Source: the human T2T-CHM13v2.0 reference genome, Homo sapiens. From it: a stretch of 64,000 bases of DNA. The notes beneath the pieces were generated by a model. It ran no database searches and was not told the origin of the DNA. It was given only the letters and a program-made list of their open reading frames with translations. Shown here piece after piece: positions 11,139 to 23,445 of the stretch (position 1 is its first letter; each line of letters opens with the position of its first letter). The translations under genes were made by a program, and so were the position numbers. The DNA is taken from assembly GCF_009914755.1 (NCBI RefSeq), contig NC_060940.1, one strand, 5' to 3'.

Positions 11139-12513
11139 CGATACATGGCTCTGTACTCAGAAGGCCTTTATTTATTTCTTGTGTTCCTCTTATCTTGTCA
11201 CACTCCAAAATAGAAATGTATACCTCTGCTAGTTGAATGACTGTTTATTTGGAAATCATCACCCAATGCCCAACTGCATCCAGGCTGCGTGACATCATTC
11301 CAGACTACAAAGTGCCAAGCGCTAATTGATTTGTAAGAAAGTCCACATGAAATGCCTGGCACTCTCCCAAAGGCACCCATGGGCTTGGAGGGGACGACAG
11401 CATTGGACTGTTATGCGAGGAAATAATTCTTGCTTACCCGCCTGGGATGGGGTGACGTTCTGGCCAGGAAGCAGAAGCAGACTTGACTTTGGGCAGCAGT
11501 CTGCCCCTGATGGAGTTATTCACAGATGGCTAAGTTAAATGCAGCCCTCATAGCACTAAGGCATTTCAGGGGCGACTAAACAAGTGGCCCATGAAATGGA
11601 GGCACCAGAAGCCTCTGGAAGCGGCGTCAGTGCATCACCCAGTGAAGCCATTGTGTCGCCTGTTAGTAATGAGCATTTGCAAGGGCAGCATGGGGAATTT
11701 CAATCAACCTGTGAGAAGACAAGGTGTGCAGACATTGTGGATCGGAGCGAGATGGGGAGAAAAGGCAATAAAAAGCAGTAGCAAAGGGGAAAAGAAAAGT
11801 TCGGGCCAGGAGCCAAGAAGATACTTTCTGTGGAAAAGGGAGGGAAAAAAAAAATCACTCCACCCCTCCTGTCCAAATGAAAAAGGATTTAATTGAATGT
11901 TCTTTATAGAGGTGAAAAAAATACCCTGTGGAGTTCCCAGTGTTTCATTATCCGATTGAGTTCGGTACCTCAAGTTTCAAAGACCGTTCTCCTGAATGGT
12001 TATTCTCATTTCCATGTCAGTCTGCCGTGTGCTTGGTGAACCCCTGCTGGGCCGCATCATTTAAAACTCAAAACCCTGAAAGTATTTTTATGCCCGATAT
12101 AGTAACAGAGCAAACCCTGGTATCACTCATTTTATTCTCCGCAGCCTCCTTCCTCTTGTCTGTGATGTAGATGACTGTGCTGCTCGAGATGCTTGCAATC
12201 AACAGGGCGCTCCCCAAGCTCTGAATGAGGTGAATGGCCTCAGAGGAAAACAGATTAGAAGGCTTAGAGATGACTGCATCTCAGGTGCAACACTTGAAGC
12301 AGGAAGATGGGAGTCTCAGAATTTTCCCCTTGCAGTTAGAAAAATATGGGACAGGCTGGGGCAGTAGGAGTGGATTTAAGTAAGTGAGACAGTGGATCAG
12401 GAAAGGCCAGGCTTTTACTGGGTGGAAATAGCCTGGATGCAATTATCTGCTACAAGCCCCACCAAGAAGAGCCTCCCTGCTGGAGGAAAGCAGAAAGGGA
12501 ACTGGGGTATAAC

Positions 12514-12756
12514 CAAGCTTGTCCAATCCGAGGCCCGTGGGTCACATGCTGCTGAGGGAGGATGACTTTGAATGAGGCCCAACACAAGTTCGTAAAGTTT
12601 CTTAAAAGGTTATGAAATTTTTTTGCAATTTTTTTTCTTTTCTTTTCTTTTTTTTTTTAGTTCATCAGCTGTCGTTAGTGTTATTTTATGTGTTGCCAAA
12701 GATCATTCTTCTTCTTCCACTGTGGCCCAGGGAAGCCAAAAATTTGAAAACCCCTG
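12514..12756 (-). mobile_element. MER30 (hAT-Charlie MITE)
   Basis: caagcttgtccaa...gctttgaatg-type core...tgtggcccagggaagccaaaa...acccctg. Confidence 0.88.
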
Positions 12757-12826
12757 GTTTAAATCCTCTCTACAAACTCGCCAGCTCTGCAAAATAATCA
12801 TCTTTGTTGGTCTTAAGAACACTTTA

Positions 12827-13123
<297 letters not shown>

Positions 13124-14239
13124 ACTTTAAATCAGGTTTAAATCATCTGAACATCAGAAAGGAATTTTTTTTTCTTTTCTTTTCTTTTGTTTTTTTTCTC
13201 CCTTGAGAGGGAAATCTAGGGGTGGAGTAGAGAATCATTTAAAATATTTCCCTTCAGAGACCAACGGCTAGGAATAGCTGATAAATAACATAAAAGAGCG
13301 GTTTAATAGTTTCATGTTTGACCCATGTAATACCCCGCACATTTGGTTAATTTAGAAAATATTTGACGACAACGGAATCCAATCTCATTTTCTCAAACAG
13401 AAGCTTAATTTCTCTTTGACTGAAATGAATAGTTATGTTGCCATGCCTTAGCCAAACACCCTATAAATATAATACCCCTTCAGCCTTAATATTTCAAAAA
13501 CTATGGTTTTCAGTTTGAGCTGTTATAATGTTTTATCTCAGAAGTTGTAGAATAATTTAAACCAGTTTTTCCTACTTTGGTTCCTTGGAGGCTGATTCTT
13601 CTGCCTGAATTCCTCTCACAGAACATATAAACCCCTTTTACCTCCCGCACTGGCACAAAAGCAACTTGTTTCCAAGATTCAGGACTTAAAGAAATGGCTG
13701 TGGGTTGGTCTACGAAAACCATTATGCTGCATCCTCCCAGTCCCGAGAGATTCTGAAGAGAAGCAGGCCCTGGCTTCAGAGTTGAAGAAATGATACCTTC
13801 CCTCCTTTGCCTCATAGTCTCATTCATGATGTTTGCTTCCCATACTCATCTCCAACTGGCTCACACATTCCTTCACCAGATAGTGTGGGAAGGAGTCCAT
13901 CTTTCTGCAGTTGGCTAATCCAGGTGTTGGCATGGAAGTTTTAGCTCTGGTCTGAGAGTTCTAGTCATGGACAATTGTCCATGTCTATTGGAATGAATAA
14001 TTTTCCAATGGACATGGACAGTTGTCCCAGGGGACTGGAAATCAAGGGTGCTGAGTAAACTCAGCCTCAGTGGACCACCTGTGTGAGTTAATACAGAGAC
14101 CACATTCTGCATCTTAGCAACCTAAACAAAGGAGAGGCACAGCAAGGTGAGAAGCTTCAAAAGGCAGTCAGCCAATGCATCAACCTGGGCCCGGAGGGGT
14201 CGGGGAACCTCAAATTGTCATCCTTATGTAACAGTGACA

Positions 14240-14465
14240 ACTAACATTTTTCAAGGCTCGTTACCATGCCCTGGCCACCTGTCCCACATTATTTTATGGA
14301 ATGCTCAGTCAACCCTATGAATTACATACTATATTATCCCCATTTTACAGACTACAAAATGAAGGTTTAAGGAGAAGCTTACACACCTCACCCAAGGTCC
14401 TACAGTTGTTAAGTAGGGGGACAGAGACCTGCATTTATCTGTAGACCCTCCACTCTTAACCACCC
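14240..14465 (-). mobile_element. MIR
   Basis: caaccctatga...attatccccattttacaga...cccaaggtc. Confidence 0.8.
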
Positions 14466-14724
14466 TATTGACCCAGTTCCTAATCCAGCTCACTTCTGAG
14501 CTCTGGACGTCCACCAGGAAGAAAACAATGGCTGTAGTGGTGCAGTGACCCTTCTTTGCCAGGTTGTCTTGGGTCCTGATGAGCTGCCAGGCTCAGTCTG
14601 GAAAAGTGCCCTCAATCCCTGCATCTCCATCTCTCATTGGCATTGTGGGACCCCACAAAGACTCTGTCTCTATTCGCTTAACACAGTGGAAAAAAAGGCC
14701 ACCCTTCATTCTTTTTTTTTTTTT

Positions 14725-14842
14725 TTTCATTCAACAAACATTTATTGATCTTCTAATGTTTTTTCAAGAATGCTTTTGGGCCTCGGATACAAACTAATGG
14801 ACCCAACAGATGAGTCCCTTGCCCTATTGGCACTTACTGGTT
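14725..14842 (-). mobile_element. L2 3' end
   Basis: ttcattcaacaaacatttattga...gtcccttgccct. Confidence 0.75.
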
Positions 14843-16538
14843 CATGTCAGGTTCCTGTGCCTCTCCTGGAGAAGCAGGTGATAAGGTCTCTGTGTTAAAG
14901 GAGGAAACCAAGGTTCTAGGCAGCCTCGTGGGTAATACAGCCAGTAAATTGCAAAGCTGGGTGAACTCAATTGACAGGACTCTAGCCAGAAACTGGTTCT
15001 TTGCCATTAGTCTCTACTGACCCCTATGGATGTATGGAGGGAGTATGGGGTACCTGGGAAACATCAAGCCTTACCTAGAATCATCTTTCCAATCTCGCTC
15101 TTCTCTTCCATTTAGAACCACCTTCAACATCTCCCCAGGGTACATTCCCTAAATAGCCCCGATTATTCATTATTTTATGGAACTACCAGATACTGAATTC
15201 CTGTTCTGGGCCATGCATTCTGGGAGCTGTGATTTCAACAGTGAAGGAGGACAGGGTGGACCCCACCATCGTGGAATTTACCTTCTAAAGGGCACAGTTT
15301 TTCTGTTGAGTCTTCCCAGGAGGTGTCTTTTTATTTCATACCTTTGACCTTCAGATCCATTCATGATACTTTGGCTTATGGGTGTTCCACACTTGATTCC
15401 AAGGGTGATATTCCATATGTGTAATGCCTCGCTCAATCAGAATGGACACTGGCCCTAGTGGCCACCCAAGATGGATTCTTGGAGCTTCTTTGCTGTGACA
15501 AATAATGACCTTTTAGTTGACGAATTATAAGGAAGTTATGGGAGATCCCAGAGGAAGGCTTTAAGACAGGGGAATTCAGAGAGCTTGGAGCAGCAGCTCT
15601 TTACGTAGGGCCACAGTGTATTTCAGTGTTTCTCCAACGGCTGCACCTGTGGACCTATGTGTACTGGGAGACTATTGACTCTGCTCAGATTACATGGGTA
15701 AGTTTGCTCCTTACAACTAGACTGAATGCCCATTGGAGGCAGGATCCTATCAACTTTTTCTTCTGCCAAACCAGCCTGACACAGTATACATTGCATACGA
15801 TTCTTCCATGACTATGTACTTGTCATGAGTTATTCCTCATCATTCTAAAATTTGACCTCAAAGCTGAGCAAAGTCTAGATGAAATGAGGTTCTAGTTTTT
15901 ATAATAATGTTCAATAGTTTTTCCTATACGTCACTCTTTCAGTGTGGGGAGGAATGGTGACTTTTCAGTTGCTTCTGAATACGGTTTGCTGTACACTGTG
16001 TGTTACCAGTGTGATTTGCTATAACCCAGCTCTTGGAGCCTCATATGGTATGTGGTTCAACAGTACAGTGGTCAGTCAAGAATAAATACAGAGCAAGTAC
16101 TACGGTAGCTGCAGAAAGAGCATCGCCACCATGCATCATTAGTGCAGAGCCCTGGACCAAAGGACTCGAGCTGCCGCCAGACCTTTACCCATTCCAAGTG
16201 CAGACTTTGCTAATTCATCACTGCCTTCCTCAAGACCCCAGCAAGCTTCTCATCACATCACTTTTGGCACTTATCTGATCTTTCAATGATCTGAGTTAGC
16301 TCAAGAAATTACATCTAGTTACCATACCATGTCAAGACTGCTATTTAACTAGAAAACAAAGAGACTTCCTCCACTCCATGCAAACACATGTTGATTCTCA
16401 TTTACCTGTTTAGGAAAAAAAAATTTAGATTCAGGCTCATATACTAATTTTATTCAGTGCTTAAGGTATGTCTGTTATTTGGGATAGAATTCAGTGAACA
16501 ATGCTAAGGTTTACAAGGGCCCATGTATGACTTTAGGG

Positions 16539-16540
<2 letters not shown>

Positions 16541-16574
<34 letters not shown>
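16541..16574. repeat. (GT)17 microsatellite
   Basis: Pure GT run. Confidence 0.97.
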
Positions 16575-16577
<3 letters not shown>

Positions 16578-16899
16578 CATGTGTATGTGTACATACTTTT
16601 CCCCCTGTAATAGGATTTCTTTAGATCTGATGCTTAATAAGACAGAAAGACACCACAGCCTTCTCGGAAGACCTTTGCAATATGTCCTTACTACTGGTTT
16701 GTGCTTTCAAAGTTCATGTGTGTAGTGGTCTCTCCTGTCACCACGATGGATCCAGATTTAAGATGTCATTGAGCCATCACAAAGTAAAGAGACACTTTCT
16801 ACCCCAGGTTGCTCTGGGGTGAGAAAACTTTGATGACTAAACTAAAGGTAAAATCAATTGCAGATGCAGTGTCTGAATTGGATATGAAAGAAAAGAGGC

Positions 16900-17120
16900 T
16901 GGCATTTATTAGCTGTCTACCGGAAACCAGGTTGCTCTTGAAACACCGTCTCATTTAATCAGAAAAATGACCGCTTGCAGTGGATATCATCCTCTCCAGT
17001 TTACAAATCTAGAAAACAAGTACATCAAAGCAGTTAAGCATTTTCGTAGGAGCCGCACACTCAGTAAGCTAATATTAGAACTCAGGTCTGTCTGATTTCA
17101 GAGCTCTTTCCACACTACCT
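16900..17120 (-). mobile_element. MIR
   Basis: gcatttattag...tctcatttaatc...ttagaactcaggtctgtctgatttcagagc. Confidence 0.7.
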
Positions 17121-17579
17121 AAAATATTCATGCACCAGATGAAAGCTTTCTTTTTTCCCCTAGACTGTTTCTTAAATTTGTAGTTCTGCTTTCAATACAG
17201 GGTTTCTTGAAATGTGATGGTGTGATTAGACTTCTGGTTATTACTCTCCAACCATCATTTCTAAGAGAATTGGTGTGTGAGGCTGAAGGGATGATAGTAG
17301 GGTGAGCCGTAAATACAGGTTAACTGTCTTAATGTGGCCTGGGCAATGTCTAATTACTCAGGGCTGTTTTTGGAAGACACTTCCCCATTCTAGGATAGGG
17401 GTTACAAGCACAAATGTCCATAGGAGCTGGGTAGTTACTGTGAATAAGTGCCATAGGCTAGCCTGTTTGGGTTTGGGGAGCTGAGTGAGGCTGTACTGGG
17501 AAACACATGCCCCAGGTAGAGCTGGGGGTTGGTGTCTTTGCTCCGTTAAGACGATTGCAAGATCCCAGCAAGGGATCTT

Positions 17580-17800
17580 GAATATTTGCAGGTTCTGGGT
17601 TCTGTGTTGAGTGCTTAAATGGATATCTTATTTAATAATAACAGGAACCCTTGGAAGTGAGCACAGGTTTGATTCTCACTTTGCAGATAAAGAAACTGAG
17701 GCCCAGAAAGGTGCCCAAGGAAGCAGAGTTATTTAGGACCTGACAGAGGTAGGATTCCAACCTGGGCAGTCTATCACCAGAGTCCTTGTTTAATCACTAA
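17580..17800 (-). mobile_element. MIR
   Basis: ttgcagataaagaaactgaggcccagaaagg...ggattccaacctgggcagtct. Confidence 0.8.
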
Positions 17801-19194
17801 ATTTTGTACCTCTTAGGACTATTCAAACCCAGCAATTTGTCTCTGAGAATGATAGATAAACATGAAGATACTGGAGAAGTCAATTATATATACCCCTAAA
17901 ATGCCTTCAGCGTGTTCAAAAGCACCGAGCTCTCCGCCATGATGTTTGTAAGGGGGTGACGTTAGATAGTGATCAAAGAAAAGTCTAATACATGTTATTT
18001 TTTGTTGTACAGTTCAGTTCCTTGTACATAATTCATGTGTCAATTGATACTCATGAAAGTTGGTCTTGAAATATTGTATACAGCCCAAATTAAGAGCTTG
18101 GCACCCAATTCCCACTTGGACTACAAATCACTTCCTCTTGCCAAATTAGAGTCTAGAGTAATTTACCGTAAGATGGGCTTTTAACCCTAATTTCTAGACA
18201 TACTCAGCAGTCTGCTTTGAAAGCTCATCAGCTTCTAGAAGCAGCTCATCGTTAAGGAGATACCATCAGGGTAAACACATCAGTTCAGTCTTTTTTGCAA
18301 CATTGCTAATTCCACGTTGTAATCAAGGAGAAATAAATGGAAAACTCTTACTTAGTATTAGTTTATTTAGACCCATTTATTTCCATCAGTGACCTTGGGA
18401 GATAGTTGGTTCAGCACATTTTCTCATATTCGGCCTCTAATTCAGTGTGGGATTTTGTGTTTTTATAATTAACAGAGACATTTACAAATAGAAAAAAATA
18501 TATTTGTGCTTTTGGGAAAAGTGCCAACAATGTGGCTATGGAATTTGATTTTCTAAATGGAGACTACACAAAGTGTAGATTTTTTATTTCTAATGTATGT
18601 CTCTGCCTATCTACTGATGATGGATTTTGGCTTTATGGCAACCCACTACCAGGCTTTTAGCTGTCAGAATTGGACAACGTATTGACTCCTAGGTAGGAAC
18701 CGTGGAACCACTGCGTTATCATGATAAGCTGGTACAAGCAGAGAGGATCTATTTTCTAAGCAGATGTTTACTAAGGGACTACTACACTCGAATGACATCA
18801 CATCTTTGTTAGCAGTTGTGGTTGGTGCCATGTTTATTAAAAGACAGGAAGACCCTTTGGTTGGCTGTTAACTATTGCATATTTGTCTATCTTGTCAATA
18901 AGCATTTTTTTAAAGGTTACTTTTCCTTTATGTGTTTACTTGGGGTTAAAATTTTGGGATTATGACAAAGGCCATATTTTGAGATTATGACAAAAAATAA
19001 TTCAAAAATGAATTATTGAATGAGGAAGTTGGGTCTCATTCAGTAGGTTAGGTCTCCTTTAAAATTGTATTTTTCTCGTATGAAGACCCAGTTCAATGGG
19101 TTTCATAGCCAGTCTGAGGCAAAAGCTGGCTATTTACTTCCAAAAGGACTTCTCCTCAAGGAAGAGACCCCCTAGTGATACCCAAATCATAAAT

Positions 19195-19357
19195 CAGAGT
19201 TCTTAACTTGGGATCTATGGAACAGAGATCAGGGAGTGAGTCTTAGAAGGCCCGTTAACCTCCCAGTATGTGGAAAAATGCTTCAGATGTTGACACATTT
19301 CACAGAAGTGTCATCACATTAACAAAGGGCTCATAACCCATAAAAGTTAAGAACCAT
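19195..19357 (+). mobile_element. Charlie4z-like hAT MITE
   Basis: Terminal inverted repeats gttcttaac / gttaagaacc, ~160 bp. Confidence 0.55.
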
Positions 19358-20616
19358 TAATTTTCAGGTAATTCTTCTAAATAATGGGTCCTGGCCAGCT
19401 CTACATGATTTGGAGCATATTTACATACATTTGCATACTGCTTGTCCTTGGTCATGCCATTCAACTGCCACACACCTCATTATAGAAAAGAGAAAGAACA
19501 GGATTTACCTAAAGCTCAAAGGAATAGTGATCCTGTGCTAATTAAAATTTGTTCTGGTATTTGGGAGTCTCAGATGAGAAATCTGGAGTCATGTTGAGTT
19601 TGGTTATTTTACTCATTTGTAGTCAGTATTCAATTATTTTAATTTAGCTTGTGCATTTTCATGCACCTTATTTCCTTTTTCCTCCTTTCGACTCCATTTG
19701 GTACATTTCATCTCACTAAACAAGGAGAAAAAAAGGGAATAGGAGTTCTTGAAACTCAAAAGCAGCATTAAGTTCTTGTCTGTGACCCTTATTGAGCAAA
19801 GATTAGGACCAGTGTTTACAAATTTTTCAAGTACTCTCAGGAGCTCTTGATGCTTAGACTCTAGAAAATGTTGGGTTTGTTCTTAAGAAACAGAAAGTGT
19901 CCAAATCCCACTTGGCTTCCTAACCTCTCAGACTCACTCTCTGCCCTACAGAGCCTTAGAAGGATGGCCACCAACACCTATGAGATTTACTCCTGAATCA
20001 TTTGTCTCAAGCCATTTCCCACTCTGCTATCAGCCTGTTTCTGTTAACCTGGCTGGTGATTCCACGAATCATTGTCCCCTTTGAAGATCTATCTAACCTC
20101 CTGGCTTGATGCTCCTCGAGGGACCTCTAGCTTCTGTGGATTCAAATGCTTTAAGGAAAAATACTCAGTCTAATCCACACTGTCTCTAGAACCAGCTAGC
20201 TTTGTGCAATCATTCAGGAACATCTCTGGCCCTCCCCACCCACACACTTTCCATCAATCCAGAAATGATCAGATTCAGCCCTTGCTCACAGATGTGAAGC
20301 CACAAACGGCAGCTAGGGTCAAGAACAGCAAGGTTACTACTGGATGCTGACTCAAGGCAAGAAGAGGAGTCAGGCACAAAATTCTGAAATTAGTCATTGA
20401 GGGAAGTACAAAGCTTAACCGTAGACAGGAACCTGGAAATGCTGGGTCAGCCTCTTCGTCTACCCGTACATGACATACAAAATTATTCCATGTTACTTCA
20501 ATACTTTTACCCAGAGCCTTGTAACAATCTTCTTGAACTGTTGAATCTATACAGCTGTAGATTGGGTCAGGAGATAGCTTTAACAGTTTGTTGTTCACGT
20601 TCGTGCCAACTCCTGG

Positions 20617-21079
20617 TGTCTTAGATTTTGTTCCCAAACACTCATTATGACAAAAGGATTTAAGTGCATTCTATTTATTTGTGAAGTGATGCAGGAAACT
20701 ACAGTAAGGAGTGCGGATGTGAATAAGTGGAAGGCAATACAGTGTGTGTGAATGGTAATGTCACCTCCATGGGCGGGTGGGGCTCAGTTCCGTTGAGGAT
20801 CTCTGGAAGACTACATATAGGCTGGCTCAGAGCTGTGCCCCACTGGGGCAGCTCACTGGGTTATTTATCTATCATCTCCCTCTCATTGGTTGGAGCCTGC
20901 TTCTAAGGGGCATAATATTCAGGTGCTTTCCACCTGCCAAGAGAGGAGGCCAAGCATGCTCCAGTGGCCGCAGAAAGTCCTCAGCAGAATCCCAGGGTCT
21001 TCTAAGAAGAAGACGTGGAGATCGTGAGAATAGTGAGTGCTCACAGGATGTAGCGGGGACAACAACAGTGTCTCCCACA
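20617..21079 (-). mobile_element. LTR16-family (ERVL) solo LTR
   Basis: tgtcttagatt..gttccc...ggatttaagtgca..tttattt...ggggctcagt...cattggttgg...cccaca. Confidence 0.6.
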
Positions 21080-22712
21080 ACCAGCATTACAGATAACCAG
21101 GAGTCGACCCTGATGAAGCTGGTGGCTTTCTCAGCTTTACAGAATGCTCTTTTCTGCTTCGCCTGGCAAAACAGGAGGATATCTGTCTCAAAGTTTTCAA
21201 AGAAAGGACATTCAGTGATCTGTTGAGAGATTCAGAGGTTCTCCTTTTCTCTGGTGGTGCTCTATCAGGGACAGATAGGTCCCTAAGACTTAGCAGCAAA
21301 AGGGACTCTCCCTGCAGAAGCATGTACATGATGTGAGTAGGTGTGCCCACAGCCCAGGGTTCATACTCTGGGGCTTCATGCCCTTTTCCTATTCTTTGTC
21401 TCCAACCGCATCTTATAAGAAGTGCATGTTAGGAAAGAGTACACTAAAGACAGGAACAGTTACTGGATTAATATAACTTTAAAGGTGAGCATACTGGGGA
21501 AAAGTGAACAGCAACCCTTACCAGAATGTTTAGGTACATTTCTGCCTCCCTCTTCAAGCTGCCAGGAAAGTGCACTGTAAGTTACCAAGGAGCAAACTTC
21601 AGCGCTTTTCCAACAGTCACAAAGGACTCTCTGCCACCATCTGTGTTGCATGTGTGCTTTACCTTTGCTGTCCTCCTTACTTTGAAATAAATCCCACCCA
21701 CTACGGTGTCCCATTTCAGAAACTCTAAAATACTTACTTGAATCCCTGGAATGGATTCATCCAACCCTGTTCGGTTTTCTTCCTTCCAGTGTGCTATTCT
21801 ATAGTAGAAACAGTGCCAGGCCATGGGATTTAGACATCAGAGGCATTTCCAGGTTTATAAAAAGGCAAAGACTGTATTAAAGTATTTGCTTTTAAGTTTG
21901 TTGGCCAGTTCTTCTCACTGACCCTGGATAGGTCTAGGCTACTCTCAGCTTACCTACCATGTCTTTGTAAGATGTGTAGTCCATGGTGCTTGAATAGCAC
22001 CACAAAGACGTGGAGAGGTAAAAGACATAAGATGATCTCAATTTTGAATAATTCTCCTTGAGGGGCAATTATATATTTTTGGAAAGTTCATTCTTATTTA
22101 TTGGGCCTTCTTTATCTCAGAATTCAGGAAGGGGCAGAGTGTTTTCTTCCCAAGTTACTGACTTTCTTAGCATGCGAGGCTCAAATGACAATGATTATTT
22201 AGAATCTCTGAGCAGCTCAGACTCAGTTTTTTTGTAATGCCAGCATATAGGTCAAATGTGAATTCCTTACAATTTTTTCTGAATGGGAAGTTTAGGGAAC
22301 GACTCCAATGTTCCTGTAGTCGCTGTAAGTCGTTTAGGTGTGCTATAGGATGAAAAGAAGAATAATGAAACTGTGGTATATGCATGCCGTGGGATATCAT
22401 TCAGTCATACAAAAGAAGAAAGTCCTACCATTTGTGACAATATGGATGAACCTGCAGGATATTATGCTAAGTGAAATAAGACAGTCACAGAAGGACAGAA
22501 ACTGCAGGATTCCACTTATATGAGGTATCTAAAATAGTCAGACTAATAGAAGCAGAGTAGAATGGTGATTTGGGGGAGCAGAAAGGGGAAATTTATTGCT
22601 CAGTGGGTATAAAGCATCAATTATATGGGAAGAAAAAGTTCTAGAGATGTTTTGTACAACTTAGTGCTTTTAGGTAACAAAACTGTAATGTGCACTTAAA
22701 AATGTGTTCAGA

Positions 22713-23021
<309 letters not shown>

Positions 23022-23039
23022 TCAGGTTAGGGGATCTTG

Positions 23040-23041
<2 letters not shown>

Positions 23042-23076
<35 letters not shown>

Positions 23077-23086
23077 CACACACATA
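23042..23086. repeat. (CA)n microsatellite
   Basis: About 16 pure AC units followed by a degenerate extension. Confidence 0.95.
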
Positions 23087-23294
23087 CAAATACAAAGAAA
23101 TACAATGAAGCTTTTAGAGGTGATGGATATATTTACTACCTTGATTGTGGTGATGGTATCACAGGTATATGCATATATAAAACATATCAAATTGTATACA
23201 TTTAACATGTGCAGTTTTATTGCACGTTAAAGATACTTTAATAAAGCTATTAAGAAAAAGAAATAAAAACATTTGCTTTCATATCCTCAGGTCA

Positions 23295-23445
23295 TCATGG
23301 ATTCGGATCCTAGTTCTCTTGTGTGAACATCTTCCTCATTTTCCCCATATGAAAAATAGTGGATTTAATATATGCCTTATCACATCAGTTTGTGGATTAG
23401 GAGACACTGTATGTATGAAACACCACAGTCAATGATTGGTAGGAA
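23295..23445 (+). mobile_element. MIR fragment
   Basis: cctcattttccccatatgaaaaatagtggat...gtggattagg. Confidence 0.55.

Noticed and set aside
15447-15465. CTCF-like CTGGCCCTAGTGGCCA
   Set aside because: It mismatches the high-information GCC positions of the core.
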